DNA of 64,000 bases from an uncultured Crocinitomix sp. (lineage in GTDB: Bacteria; Bacteroidota; Bacteroidia; Flavobacteriales_D; Crocinitomicaceae): the NCBI GenBank assembly GCA_964415335.1, contig CAYPZN010000006.1:11657-75656 (forward strand), in the 5' to 3' direction. Each line of letters opens with the position of its first letter. The first letter of the stretch is position 1. The notes below the pieces were generated by a model that was not told the origin of the DNA, searched no databases, and saw only the letters and a list, made by a program, of their open reading frames with translations. Shown piece by piece: positions 50,022 to 60,248 of the stretch. The translations under genes were made by a program, and so were the position numbers.

Positions 50022-50642
50022 TTGAATTTTGAAATTAAAAACATCATTAATGAGAATGATTTAGAAATCAAACTTCTCAACTATCAAAATCATTCCATTG
50101 ATAAATTAAATCTCAACATTCTTACAAAGAATGAACTCAAAAAACTTAATTCGTTTAAAAGTAAAAAAAGAAAATTAGAGTTCTTTTTCACAAGAATACT
50201 ATGGCAAAAATTTGGCAAAGGCATAACGATTGAATACAATGAAAATGGGAAACCAATTTTATCCATGGGCTACATTAGTATCTCTCATTCAAAGAACACT
50301 ATTGCCATTGGTTTTTCTGACAAGGAAAAGATTGGTTTGGATATCGAACATTATAATTCAAAAATTAACCGAATTAAAGAAAAATTCTTGTCTCGACAAG
50401 AACTGGACTCATTTGACTTGACAAATACAGAAACAATTACAACACTTTGGAGTGTAAAAGAGGCTACATATAAATTGGTTGATATTCCTGGGTTAAGTTA
50501 CAAAGATTCTATTAAAGTGACAGATATTGGTGAAATCAACCGTGTACAGTTAATTACCAAAAATAAATCCACTTTTTTTTCGTTTAGAAGGATCGTATTT
50601 AAGGATTTTATTTTGACTCATTGCGACAGCTCTCAAAGCTAG
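50022..50642 (+). CDS. 4'-phosphopantetheinyl transferase (Sfp-type)
   Basis: 206-aa ORF with a TTG start. ...NGKPILSMGYISISHSKNTIAIGFS..IGLDIE... and ...WSVKEATYKL are the PPTase motif blocks. Confidence 0.72.
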   Translation: MNFEIKNIINENDLEIKLLNYQNHSIDKLNLNILTKNELKKLNSFKSKKRKLEFFFTRILWQKFGKGITIEYNENGKPILSMGYISISHSKNTIAIGFSDKEKIGLDIEHYNSKINRIKEKFLSRQELDSFDLTNTETITTLWSVKEATYKLVDIPGLSYKDSIKVTDIGEINRVQLITKNKSTFFSFRRIVFKDFILTHCDSSQS

Positions 50643-50762
50643 CGATCTAATTATCAAATAATTAAGAATTCATTAAATTTACTTAACTTTGTTAGTTAGC
50701 GTTTAAATTGTCATTTTCTGTGTTGATTCTCGTCTATTTAAATGCATTTGATTTTATAATTT

Positions 50763-51992
50763 ATGAATAAAGTTTTACGATTTGCATTCTTAGCGGTATT
50801 AGTTTTCTCAGTTAATCCCGAAATATATGCAGGAAGATCATGGTACCAAAAAGCTTCTGTTGGTGGTGATGGCAGACATAGATCAACCGCCTTTTCAATT
50901 GGGAATAAAGGTTACTATGGAGGTGGTCATATTAATTCAGGATCTCTTATAACTTATCAAGACTATTGGGAATATGATCCCGCTACAAATTCTTGGACTC
51001 AAATTGCTGATTATGGAGGTGGGCAAAGGTATCATGCAACAGGTTTTACGATTGGTAAAGTAGCCTATGTTGGTTGCGGTGAAAATGGCACACATGATTA
51101 TACCAATGATATTTGGAAATATGTTCCGGAAGTTAACACATGGTTTCCTATTGCGGATTTTCCTGGTGTTCCAAGAAGAGGAGCCGCGGCCTTTGTCATT
51201 GATGATATCGCTTATTTTGGAACAGGGCAATGCGAAGACTGTGAAGAAGGATACGAAATTGATTTTTTCAAATATGACCCTGTAGAAGATCTTTGGACAC
51301 CCATCTCAGACTTTATCGGTAATTCGCGAAGTGCATCTGTTTGCTTTGCTTATGATGGAAAAGGTTATCTTGGAACTGGACATAAAGTCGGAGAAGCCCT
51401 TAATGATTTTTACATGTACGATCCTCTAATTGATGAGTGGTTTGTAAAAACAAGTGTTGGAGGATCTATACGTCAAGAAGCAATTGGTTTTTGTATTGAT
51501 GGAAAAGGATATATTGGAACTGGTGATGATAATTTAGGTACTGATTTTAAAGACATGTGGGAATATGATTTTGATGCAGACACATGGACTCAGGTAGAAG
51601 ATTTTAAAGGTCAAAAAAGACGCTATGCTGTTAACTTTATCATAAATGACGTTGTATATGTTGGTGGTGGAACTGACGGTACTAACTTTAAAGATTTTTG
51701 GGCATTTGCTCCTACTTTATCAATAGACGAACAAAAACAGGGTGAATTTAACTTTTCGCTTTATCCCAACCCTTCAAATGATATTATTACGGTTTCTGTA
51801 AACTTACCCTCTTCCGTTTCACAAAATATCTCTTTATCCATTTCTGACATTTCAGGAAGAATCATTCAAAACGTTCCCTTTAATAATGAAACCTTTACAC
51901 TTCATAAAAACGATTTTGAAAAAGGTATTTATTTTTTGAACGTGAGTGTAGAAAATCAGCTATTAAACAGTTATAAATTCATCTTTAATTAG
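50763..51992 (+). CDS. Kelch-repeat beta-propeller protein with a T9SS type-A C-terminal domain
   Basis: 409-aa ORF with a signal peptide. Six or more kelch-like blades recur (..GYYGGG...D.WEYDP..N.W..I.DF.G..R..A..F...). Tail FSLYPNPSNDIITVSV...FEKGIYFLNVSV. Confidence 0.8.
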   Translation: MNKVLRFAFLAVLVFSVNPEIYAGRSWYQKASVGGDGRHRSTAFSIGNKGYYGGGHINSGSLITYQDYWEYDPATNSWTQIADYGGGQRYHATGFTIGKVAYVGCGENGTHDYTNDIWKYVPEVNTWFPIADFPGVPRRGAAAFVIDDIAYFGTGQCEDCEEGYEIDFFKYDPVEDLWTPISDFIGNSRSASVCFAYDGKGYLGTGHKVGEALNDFYMYDPLIDEWFVKTSVGGSIRQEAIGFCIDGKGYIGTGDDNLGTDFKDMWEYDFDADTWTQVEDFKGQKRRYAVNFIINDVVYVGGGTDGTNFKDFWAFAPTLSIDEQKQGEFNFSLYPNPSNDIITVSVNLPSSVSQNISLSISDISGRIIQNVPFNNETFTLHKNDFEKGIYFLNVSVENQLLNSYKFIFN

Positions 51993-52732
51993 TGGATGAT
52001 TCGTTTTATAACATATTAATAAGTAATGAACGAAATGTTGCCATTTTAGTTGATCCAGATAAGAAAAATGAGACTGAAGACCTCATTCCTTTAGTTGAAA
52101 GAATCAACCTCTTAAGTCCATCTGCAATATTTATAGGTGGTAGCACAGTTAATTCACAAGATTTTAAACATTGTATTACAAAAGTTAGAGAGCTAACAAG
52201 TACTCCAATAGTACTATTTCCAGGTTCTCACCTGCAGATTGATGATCAAGCTGATAGTATATTATTTCTTTCTCTTATTTCAGGTAGAAACCCAGATTTT
52301 TTAATTGGTCACCAAGTAGAGGCGGCGCATATCTTAAAGAAAATGGATTTAGAAGTAATTCCTACAGGATATATGTTAATTGATGGTGGAAAAACATCTG
52401 CGGTTTCCTATGTTAGTCAAACCACGCCCATTCCGTCCGATCAAACAGTTATTGCAGTAAAAACAGCTATCGCCGGTGAAATGCTTGGTTTAAAAGCCAT
52501 TTTTATGGATGCTGGAAGTGGGGCTAAAAAAAGTATTCCAACACAACTCATTTCTGATGTAAAAGAAAGCATTTCCATTCCACTAATTGTTGGTGGAGGA
52601 ATTCGTACAATTGACGAAATAGATGCTGCCTTTAATTCTGGGGCCAATTTGGTTGTAATTGGAAATAAAATTGAAGAAAACATTGATTTTTTACTCGACA
52701 TAAAGAATTCAATAAAAAAAACGAACAAATGA
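51992..52732 (+). CDS. Geranylgeranylglyceryl/heptaprenylglyceryl phosphate synthase family protein (GGGPS/PcrB)
   Basis: 246-aa ORF with a GTG start overlapping the preceding stop (TAGTG). Blocks are IFIGGST, VLFPGS, LSLISGRNP, IFMDAGSGA, LIVGGGIRT and VVIGN, which fit the TIM-barrel PcrB/GGGPS pattern. Confidence 0.8.
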   Translation: MDDSFYNILISNERNVAILVDPDKKNETEDLIPLVERINLLSPSAIFIGGSTVNSQDFKHCITKVRELTSTPIVLFPGSHLQIDDQADSILFLSLISGRNPDFLIGHQVEAAHILKKMDLEVIPTGYMLIDGGKTSAVSYVSQTTPIPSDQTVIAVKTAIAGEMLGLKAIFMDAGSGAKKSIPTQLISDVKESISIPLIVGGGIRTIDEIDAAFNSGANLVVIGNKIEENIDFLLDIKNSIKKTNK

Positions 52733-55347
52733 TAAGAAAAATAGCCCTTTTCCTACTTATTGCATTATTGCAAACATCATTATTTGCACAAGTATTGACT
52801 ACTCCTACTTCTAATAGAGAAGCTGGAATTTACACAGATGCAATTTTACTTAGTTTATTCCATGAAGAGGAAGATGTATCCATTTTTTATACTTTGAATG
52901 GAGATGAACCAACGGTAGCCGATTTTTTATATACAGGCCCAATAACACTTGATAACATTCCTGAAGGAGCAAGCCCACTTTCGTTAATTCCGACAAATCC
53001 TTCTTTAGTATTTCCATTCGGTAGTTATAGCACGGTAAGAGCCAATTCAAGGGGTTGGGTTCCTCCGTATAGCCCCGGAAAAAAAGTAAATGTTGTCCGT
53101 TACCGTGCATTTAAATCAGGATTTGCGCCGAGTAAAACGATTACTCAAACATTTGTTGTTGATCCTAGCGGTGCCGATTTGTACACAATGCCTATTATTT
53201 CAATAGCAATGGATTATTCGGACATTTTTTCGGACGAATCTGGAATTTATGTTTATGGAAATCACCCTGATGGCAATTATGAACAGAAAGGAGCTTTATG
53301 GGAGCGGATTATGAGCATAGAGTTTTTTGATAAAAACGGTGACTTGGTGCTTGCTCAAAACGCACGAACTAGAATGCATGGTGGAGGAAGTAGACATGCT
53401 CCAAAAAAAACATTTCGAATTTATGCAGAAACAGAAGGGAAAAAGAATTTTAAGTATAACTTTTTTGATGACACGGAACTCAGTCAATTTAAGCGAATTT
53501 TATTAAAGGCTGGAGGGCATAGACCTGATTGTTTTCCTAGAGATGATTTAGCGAATATGATTACTAAAGGGTTGGATGTCGAGCAGCAACATTTTAAACA
53601 TGTTATTGTTTTCGTCAACGGAGAGTACTGGGGAATACATTCAATAAAAGAACGATTGGATAAATACATGATTCAAAATCTTTACGGAATAGATGATGAT
53701 GAGATAACACTCTTAGATCAAGAATTTGATGTACAAAATGGTCATGCTGTAGATAGCATGAAAATGAAAAATTTAGAAAGCTTTATCATTGTTAATGATA
53801 TGGCAATTCCTTCAAATTACAAATACGTGACAGATCGAATTGATGTTGACAATTATATTGATTACATGTGTGCTGAAATATTTTTAAGTAATGAAGATTG
53901 GGTGTATTCAAATGTTAATATTTGGCGTAGAACTGGAGAACTTTCTCCTGAAGAAGGACCAGGATACGACGGAAAATTTAGATGGGCACTTTATGATTTA
54001 GATGGTGCCTTTGGCGGTTCTTGTGCAAACGCTTTTTTCACTGCAACAACGCTAAACAAAGCAACTATTGAAGGTGGTACTTTTGCTTCTTACACACGTT
54101 TTTTTAGAGGTCTTTTAGAAAACATTGGTTTTAGAGAACAATTCATCCGAAGAATGGATGATTTGAGTAATTCATGGTTTCGCCCAGAAGTAGTTCAGCA
54201 AAAAATGGATTCGATTTACAATTTATTAACTCCAGAAATTCTAGAAAATGCAAATAGATGGCGTTATCCAACTTTCTCTTCTTCATTAGAAGATCGATAT
54301 GAAGAAGAACCGTCAATTGACCGTTGGAATGATCTATGGGATTTACTTCACAATTTTGCCAAAAACAGAGCAAGAAAGGTCAACGAGCAAATTATGGATA
54401 AATGGGGTTATTCGGACACTAGTAATTTATCAATTGATGTAAATGATCCATCAATGGGAAGAGTCAAAGTAAACTCTATTTTAATTAATGAAAATCTTCC
54501 AGGTGTAACAGAAAGTTTATATCCTTGGTCAGGTTATTATATGAATGATGTGCAATTACCACTTATTGCTAAGCCTCTTCCTGGCTATCGATTTGTAGAA
54601 TGGTTAGAAACTGGAGAAACAAATGACACTGTATTTTGGGATCCGACTGACGACATCAGCTATACGGCAATTTTTGAAGAAGAAGATGATTATCAACCGA
54701 TTCTGATTAATGAAGTTATGCTGTCCAACAAAGGTTTTGATTTTGTTGACAATTTTAACGACAATGACGATTGGCTTGAGCTTTATAATCCAAATAATTA
54801 CCCTGTTGATTTATCTGCTTCAAAATTAGTTAGAGATGGCATTGAATGGAATATTCCAAATGGTTTTGTCATCCCAGCAAACGAGTATATGGTTTTTTGG
54901 CATGATAGCGAGACCTATCAAGGAAGTAATCATGTCAATTTCAACCTAAAAAATGGCATTGACACCGTATTTTTAGTTTCTCCAACTGGAATAGAAATTG
55001 ATCAAATTCGTTATCCAATAACTCCTTCTGACAACTCATTTGGAAGGTTTCCGAATGGAAGTGAAACGTTTTCGATTTTTTCTCATCCAACACCAGTAGG
55101 AAATAATGATTTAGCAAGTTTAAATGAAGATGTTGTAATCCTAACACCATTGGTTGCTTATCCCAATCCTTCCTCTTCGAATATCCAATTGAATAAAACT
55201 GTAAGTTTCACGCTCTATGACCTTAAAGGTGCTGTTGTGATGAAGTCTTCTTTACAGAATAATTCTTTTGATGTCTCTCTGCTTAAAAAAGGCATTTATA
55301 TTTTATTAACTGCGGAGGATGAAACTCTTAAAATTGTTGTAAATTAA
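52729..55347 (+). CDS. CotH-family protein with a lamin-tail domain and a T9SS type-A C-terminal domain
   Basis: 872-aa ORF whose start overlaps the GGGPS stop (ATGA). CotH-like core (..KKTFRIYAE...FKRILLKAGGHRPD...HVIVFVNGEYWGIHSIKERLD..). LTD (ILINEVMLSN...DDWLELYNPNNYPVDLS). Tail LVAYPNPSSSNIQLN...LKKGIYILLTA. Confidence 0.75.
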   Translation: MIRKIALFLLIALLQTSLFAQVLTTPTSNREAGIYTDAILLSLFHEEEDVSIFYTLNGDEPTVADFLYTGPITLDNIPEGASPLSLIPTNPSLVFPFGSYSTVRANSRGWVPPYSPGKKVNVVRYRAFKSGFAPSKTITQTFVVDPSGADLYTMPIISIAMDYSDIFSDESGIYVYGNHPDGNYEQKGALWERIMSIEFFDKNGDLVLAQNARTRMHGGGSRHAPKKTFRIYAETEGKKNFKYNFFDDTELSQFKRILLKAGGHRPDCFPRDDLANMITKGLDVEQQHFKHVIVFVNGEYWGIHSIKERLDKYMIQNLYGIDDDEITLLDQEFDVQNGHAVDSMKMKNLESFIIVNDMAIPSNYKYVTDRIDVDNYIDYMCAEIFLSNEDWVYSNVNIWRRTGELSPEEGPGYDGKFRWALYDLDGAFGGSCANAFFTATTLNKATIEGGTFASYTRFFRGLLENIGFREQFIRRMDDLSNSWFRPEVVQQKMDSIYNLLTPEILENANRWRYPTFSSSLEDRYEEEPSIDRWNDLWDLLHNFAKNRARKVNEQIMDKWGYSDTSNLSIDVNDPSMGRVKVNSILINENLPGVTESLYPWSGYYMNDVQLPLIAKPLPGYRFVEWLETGETNDTVFWDPTDDISYTAIFEEEDDYQPILINEVMLSNKGFDFVDNFNDNDDWLELYNPNNYPVDLSASKLVRDGIEWNIPNGFVIPANEYMVFWHDSETYQGSNHVNFNLKNGIDTVFLVSPTGIEIDQIRYPITPSDNSFGRFPNGSETFSIFSHPTPVGNNDLASLNEDVVILTPLVAYPNPSSSNIQLNKTVSFTLYDLKGAVVMKSSLQNNSFDVSLLKKGIYILLTAEDETLKIVVN

Positions 55348-55348
55348 T

Positions 55349-57664
55349 ATGAGAATTCTCTTTCTAATTTCATCCTTCTTGATTTCCTTTTTAGGCTTTG
55401 GTCAAGATTTTTCAGAACTCATTAAGGTGGTAGCTTCTGACCGTGGCCTATCCGATAATTTTGGTTATTCTGTTGATGTTTCTGGAAATTATGCAATTGT
55501 GGGTGCTTATAGTGATGATTTTGGCACTTCTAACCCGAATATGGGTTCTGCTTATATTTTTGAAAAAGAAGGAATCGCCGACTGGGAATTGGTTCAAAAA
55601 ATCAATAATTCTGATCAAGATGATTACGATCGTTTTGGATGGTCAGTAGCAATAGACGGAAACAGAATTGTTGTAGGAGCCTATGCCGAAGATCATGATG
55701 AATTTGATTCAGGCATTCTTTCCAGAGCAGGATCTGCTTATGTTTTTGAACGTAATTTAAGTGGGGTATGGAATCAAACTCAAAAAATAGTCGCTTCTGA
55801 CCGAGATATAGATGATGAATTTGGTTGGTCTGTAGATATTTCAGGAACTACCATTGCAATTGGTGCACATCAAGAAAATCATGATGAAGACGGTTTAAAT
55901 TTTATTTATCATTCTGGTTCGGTATACCTTTTTGATTTATCTGGCGGAACATGGAGTCAAACTCAAAAAATCGTGGCAAGTGATCGATCTGCTGACATTG
56001 ACTTTCCAGACGGTGCTAGTGGCGAAGATGTATCTGATCTTTTTGGAGGAGACTTATCTCTTTCAGAAGATTACTTAATTGTAGGAGCACATCATCATGA
56101 TTATGACGCATCTGGAGGAGCTCCTTTAAATGAGGCTGGCGCGGCATATATTTTTGAACGAACGGGTAGTACTTGGACGGAGGTTGAAAAACTTCAAAAT
56201 TCTGATCGCGCAACGGAAGATCGTTTCGGTTTTTCTGTCGCTATCAGTGGAAACTATGCTTTAGTTGGTGCGCATACCGAAGACCATAACTTAACTGGAG
56301 GGGGAACTTTGAATAATGCTGGATCTGTTTATGCTTTCGAACGCAATTTAGCAGGAAATTGGAATCAAATCCAAAAAGTTTTACCAGATGATAGGCATAC
56401 AGGAGACCGTTTTGGATGGGATATTGCAATGGACGATACATTAGCTATTATTGGCGCTTATCGAGCAAATACGGATGAATTTAATACAGCCTCTCTTTCT
56501 GATGCTGGAGCAGCTTACGTTTTTTACTATAATACGACTGATGATTGGATGCAACTAAACAAATTAGATGCTTCTGATCGAAAAGCTGAAGATGAACTTG
56601 GCGTTAGTGTTTCAATATCTGGCAACGAAATATTAATTGGTGCTTATCAACAAAGTTTTAATGTTTCTGGAACAGATGAATTGAGTGAAGCTGGAGCTGC
56701 ATATTTTTATGGTCAAGAAGAATGTGTATCTTCTTCAAGTGCTCAAACACTAACCCTTTGTTCAGGACAATCTGTTATTGTAGGTCCTTTTGAGCATACA
56801 ACAACAGGAATTTATACAGATATTCTTTTTTCTGAAAGTGGTTGTGACAGTACAGTTACAACTAATTTAACTATCATTCCACCTCCTACTTCTTCTCAAG
56901 AAATCGAAAGATGCTTTGGGCATCCATTTACCATTGGATCATCTTCTCATACTGAATCTGGAGTTTACTCTGATACCATCACTGCAATTTCCGGCTGTGA
57001 TAGTATTGTTATTACAACATTAACCTTTTCACCTGAAAATTCTATTATACAAGATAAAGCTATTTGTTGGGGAGAAACTTATACCATTGGTTCCTCTACC
57101 TACAGTTTCCCTGGTACATATACGGATGTAATTACTTCATCAACGTTATGTGATTGCACAATTACAACCAATTTAACGGTTCAACTTCCAATCGATAATT
57201 CAATTAGTCAAGATTTAAATTTACTAAAAGCTGGCGCAGTAGACGCCTCTTATCAATGGATCAAATGTGATCCGTTTCAAGAGATTATAGGAACTGGAGC
57301 AAACGAACAAACTTACCTTGCCCCTCTGGAAGGTGCCTATGCTGTAATTGTAACTGATGGAGCTTGTGTAGACACTTCTTCTTGTGTTCTTGTTACTACA
57401 TTAGAAACTGCAGAAGAAACTTTTGATCAATTATTCAATGTCTATCCAAATCCGAATAAGGGAGATTTTACGTTAGTCTATAAATTAAACGATATTCCAG
57501 ATTTTAATGCTGTGCTTAGAAACAGTGTTGGTCAAATCGTGCATGAAGAAAACATTAACAGTTATGCAAATCATATAAATGTAAACAACCTTCCTAAAGG
57601 AGTTTACGTATTAAGTGTTAGGAATTTGGAGTCTGTCCGTGTAAAAAGATTAGTTATAAACTAA
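55349..57664 (+). CDS. FG-GAP-like beta-propeller repeat protein with 3 Cys-bracketed modules and a T9SS type-A C-terminal domain
   Basis: 771-aa ORF starting 1 nt after the CotH stop. Seven or more repeats follow the pattern D.FG.SV.I.G...(I/V)(V/I)GA...D.......AGSAY(V/I)FE......W...QK(I/L).ASDR. Three C.G.....G.S.(Y/H)...G.Y.D.....(S)GCD..(V/I).T.LT modules follow. Tail FNVYPNPNKGDFTL...LPKGVYVLSV. Confidence 0.8.
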   Translation: MRILFLISSFLISFLGFGQDFSELIKVVASDRGLSDNFGYSVDVSGNYAIVGAYSDDFGTSNPNMGSAYIFEKEGIADWELVQKINNSDQDDYDRFGWSVAIDGNRIVVGAYAEDHDEFDSGILSRAGSAYVFERNLSGVWNQTQKIVASDRDIDDEFGWSVDISGTTIAIGAHQENHDEDGLNFIYHSGSVYLFDLSGGTWSQTQKIVASDRSADIDFPDGASGEDVSDLFGGDLSLSEDYLIVGAHHHDYDASGGAPLNEAGAAYIFERTGSTWTEVEKLQNSDRATEDRFGFSVAISGNYALVGAHTEDHNLTGGGTLNNAGSVYAFERNLAGNWNQIQKVLPDDRHTGDRFGWDIAMDDTLAIIGAYRANTDEFNTASLSDAGAAYVFYYNTTDDWMQLNKLDASDRKAEDELGVSVSISGNEILIGAYQQSFNVSGTDELSEAGAAYFYGQEECVSSSSAQTLTLCSGQSVIVGPFEHTTTGIYTDILFSESGCDSTVTTNLTIIPPPTSSQEIERCFGHPFTIGSSSHTESGVYSDTITAISGCDSIVITTLTFSPENSIIQDKAICWGETYTIGSSTYSFPGTYTDVITSSTLCDCTITTNLTVQLPIDNSISQDLNLLKAGAVDASYQWIKCDPFQEIIGTGANEQTYLAPLEGAYAVIVTDGACVDTSSCVLVTTLETAEETFDQLFNVYPNPNKGDFTLVYKLNDIPDFNAVLRNSVGQIVHEENINSYANHINVNNLPKGVYVLSVRNLESVRVKRLVIN

Positions 57665-57742
57665 TCTAGATACTAGACTTACTTTAAATAAATTTGTATT
57701 TAAGCTATTTACGACAATTATTAAATTGTAGAATTTATAAAA

Positions 57743-60229
57743 ATGAAAAGATTACTTTTTTTCGCATTATCGTTCTCTATTGCGCATACGTATGCTCAAA
57801 CGCATGAAGAAATTTTTAAAGCAGCGGGATTTGACCGTGAAAGTGAAGACCGTTTTGGTTATTCAGTAGCTGTATCTGAAGATTACGCTATTATTGGTGC
57901 TTATGCTGATGATTTTGGTGGATCAAATCCAAATATGGGTTCTGCTTATATTTTTGAAAAAACAGGATTAGCAGATTGGGAATTTGTTCAAAAAATAAAC
58001 AATTCTGATCAAGATGATTATGATCGTTTCGGATGGTCTGTTTCTATTAACGGAAACTATGCTGTTATTGGAGCTGTTGGAGAAGATCATGATTTAGATG
58101 ATGACAACTCAATGTCTAAAGCAGGGTCTGCCTATATTTTTCAAAGAGATGTAGATGGTACTTGGACTGAAATGCAAAAAATTATTGCTTCTGATCGAGA
58201 TGAAGATGATGAATTTGGATGGTCTGTAGATATTGATGGAAATACACTTGTTGTTGGAGCCCATCAAGAAGACCACAATGTTTCTGGAGCAGGTTTTATT
58301 CATAATGCAGGAGCTATTTATGTTTTTGACCTTTCAGATGGCATGTGGAGTGAAACACAAAAAATTGTCGCTTCTGATCGTTCAGCTGACGGCGTTCACC
58401 CAATGGGAAGACCTGATCCTGATGATGAAGATTTTTCTGATTTATTTGGAGGAAGCGTTGCTATTTCAGGAGATTATATCATTGCTGGATCACATATGCA
58501 TGATTATGGCCCATTTGGTGTTGGAACAGGTTACTCATGGAATGCAGGTACTGCTTATGTTTTTGAACGTTCTGCTGGAACTTGGACTGAAGTTGAAAAA
58601 TTACTTCCGACTATTAGAAATCCATATGATCGATTTGGATATGTAGTGGATGTAGATGGTGAAAATATTATTGTTGGTGTTTATACAGAAGATGAAAATG
58701 AAACTGAAGGAGCTTCATTGATGAATGCGGGAGGTGCTTATGTTTTTGAACGTAACATGAGTGGAGATTGGCTTCAAACTCAAAAATTAGATGCAAGTGA
58801 CCGAACTACAGGTGATCATTTTGGTCGTGACGTAGCAATTGATGGTGATTATATTATCATTGGTGCTGAGCAAGAAGATTTAGATGAGAATTCAGAAAAT
58901 AGTTTAAGCAATGCCGGTGGCGCATACATTTTTGAAAAAGAAATGTCTGGAACCTGGACTGAAGTTAGAAAAATTGATGCTTCAGATCGTGACGCTATGG
59001 ATTTGTTTGGTGAATCTGTTGCCATTTCTGAAAATACCATTATCGTTGGCGCTTGGCAGCAAGATTTAAATGAATCAAGTGAGGATTTCTTGGAAGATGC
59101 TGGAGCAGCTTATTTCTATAGTCCTTTTGAATGTATGACTTCTTTTATGGAAGAAGATGTCACCATTTGTTTTGGTGATGCTTACAGTATTGGCGAAAGT
59201 ACATATACTACTGCAGGAACTTATGAAGATATTATTTCAGATGAAGATGGGTGTGATGTTGTTGTTACAACGAACCTAAGTATTCTTTCAGAAATTGCAG
59301 AAAGTCAGACGGTATCCATTTGTTCAGGAACAAGTTATTCTATTGGAACAAGTACTTATGACGAAACAGGAACGTATGAAGATGTTTTAATTTCAACTGT
59401 TTCAGGTTGCGATAGTACTGTAACTACAATTTTAACTGTTGAAGATCCTATTACATTTGAGCAAGACATTACGTTGTGCTTTGGTGAAATTTATGAAATT
59501 GGACTTTCGTCTTATGATGAAACCGGCGTTTATGAAGACTTATTAGTTACTGATGATGGTTGTGATAGTATTGTTCAAACAAACTTGACTATCCGAGAAG
59601 AAATAATCAATGAACAGGATATAAATTTATGTGAAGGACAATCTGTAGAAGTAGGAAGTTCAACATATGACGAAGCTGGTGTGTATGAAGATTTATTGAC
59701 TTCTGAAGCTGGCTGTGATAGTATGGTTATCACAACTGTTGAAATTCTTCCAGCAATTGATGTCAGTGTAACATTTGAAGATGTTATCACACTTTCTGGT
59801 GGAGACCCAACTGTTGAAACAAGCACCTATCAATGGATTAAATGTGATCCATTTGAAGAAATTGATGGGGCGACTGATCAAACCTTTACAGCAATAGAAA
59901 ATGGTTCTTATGCGGTTATAATAACAGATGGTTGTACGGACACTTCTGATTGTGTTACAATCGAAGCAGTTGGGATTGATGAATTTGAAGCAAATATCAT
60001 AGGTATTTATCCAAATCCTAATAACGGTCAGTTTACTGTAGAATTAGATGAATTTAAAGGAGAACCGGTTTCGATTCAAGTTATAAATAATCTTGGTGCA
60101 TTGGTATATGATTCTAGATTAACGCAATCGAAAACATTAATTGATCTAAACAACATCTCTGACGGGATTTATATTTTACAAATTATTGATGGAGAAAAGA
60201 CCTATAAAGAACGCCTTGTTATTCATTAA
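57743..60229 (+). CDS. FG-GAP-like beta-propeller repeat protein (tandem paralog) with 4 Cys-bracketed modules and a T9SS type-A C-terminal domain
   Basis: 828-aa ORF with the same architecture as 55349-57664. Stretches of near-identical nucleotides occur, for example AATATGGGTTCTGCTTATATTTTTGAAAAA in both genes. Tail IGIYPNPNNGQFTVEL...ISDGIYILQI. Confidence 0.8.
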   Translation: MKRLLFFALSFSIAHTYAQTHEEIFKAAGFDRESEDRFGYSVAVSEDYAIIGAYADDFGGSNPNMGSAYIFEKTGLADWEFVQKINNSDQDDYDRFGWSVSINGNYAVIGAVGEDHDLDDDNSMSKAGSAYIFQRDVDGTWTEMQKIIASDRDEDDEFGWSVDIDGNTLVVGAHQEDHNVSGAGFIHNAGAIYVFDLSDGMWSETQKIVASDRSADGVHPMGRPDPDDEDFSDLFGGSVAISGDYIIAGSHMHDYGPFGVGTGYSWNAGTAYVFERSAGTWTEVEKLLPTIRNPYDRFGYVVDVDGENIIVGVYTEDENETEGASLMNAGGAYVFERNMSGDWLQTQKLDASDRTTGDHFGRDVAIDGDYIIIGAEQEDLDENSENSLSNAGGAYIFEKEMSGTWTEVRKIDASDRDAMDLFGESVAISENTIIVGAWQQDLNESSEDFLEDAGAAYFYSPFECMTSFMEEDVTICFGDAYSIGESTYTTAGTYEDIISDEDGCDVVVTTNLSILSEIAESQTVSICSGTSYSIGTSTYDETGTYEDVLISTVSGCDSTVTTILTVEDPITFEQDITLCFGEIYEIGLSSYDETGVYEDLLVTDDGCDSIVQTNLTIREEIINEQDINLCEGQSVEVGSSTYDEAGVYEDLLTSEAGCDSMVITTVEILPAIDVSVTFEDVITLSGGDPTVETSTYQWIKCDPFEEIDGATDQTFTAIENGSYAVIITDGCTDTSDCVTIEAVGIDEFEANIIGIYPNPNNGQFTVELDEFKGEPVSIQVINNLGALVYDSRLTQSKTLIDLNNISDGIYILQIIDGEKTYKERLVIH

Positions 60230-60248
60230 TAGCTAAGGGAATTTCACT

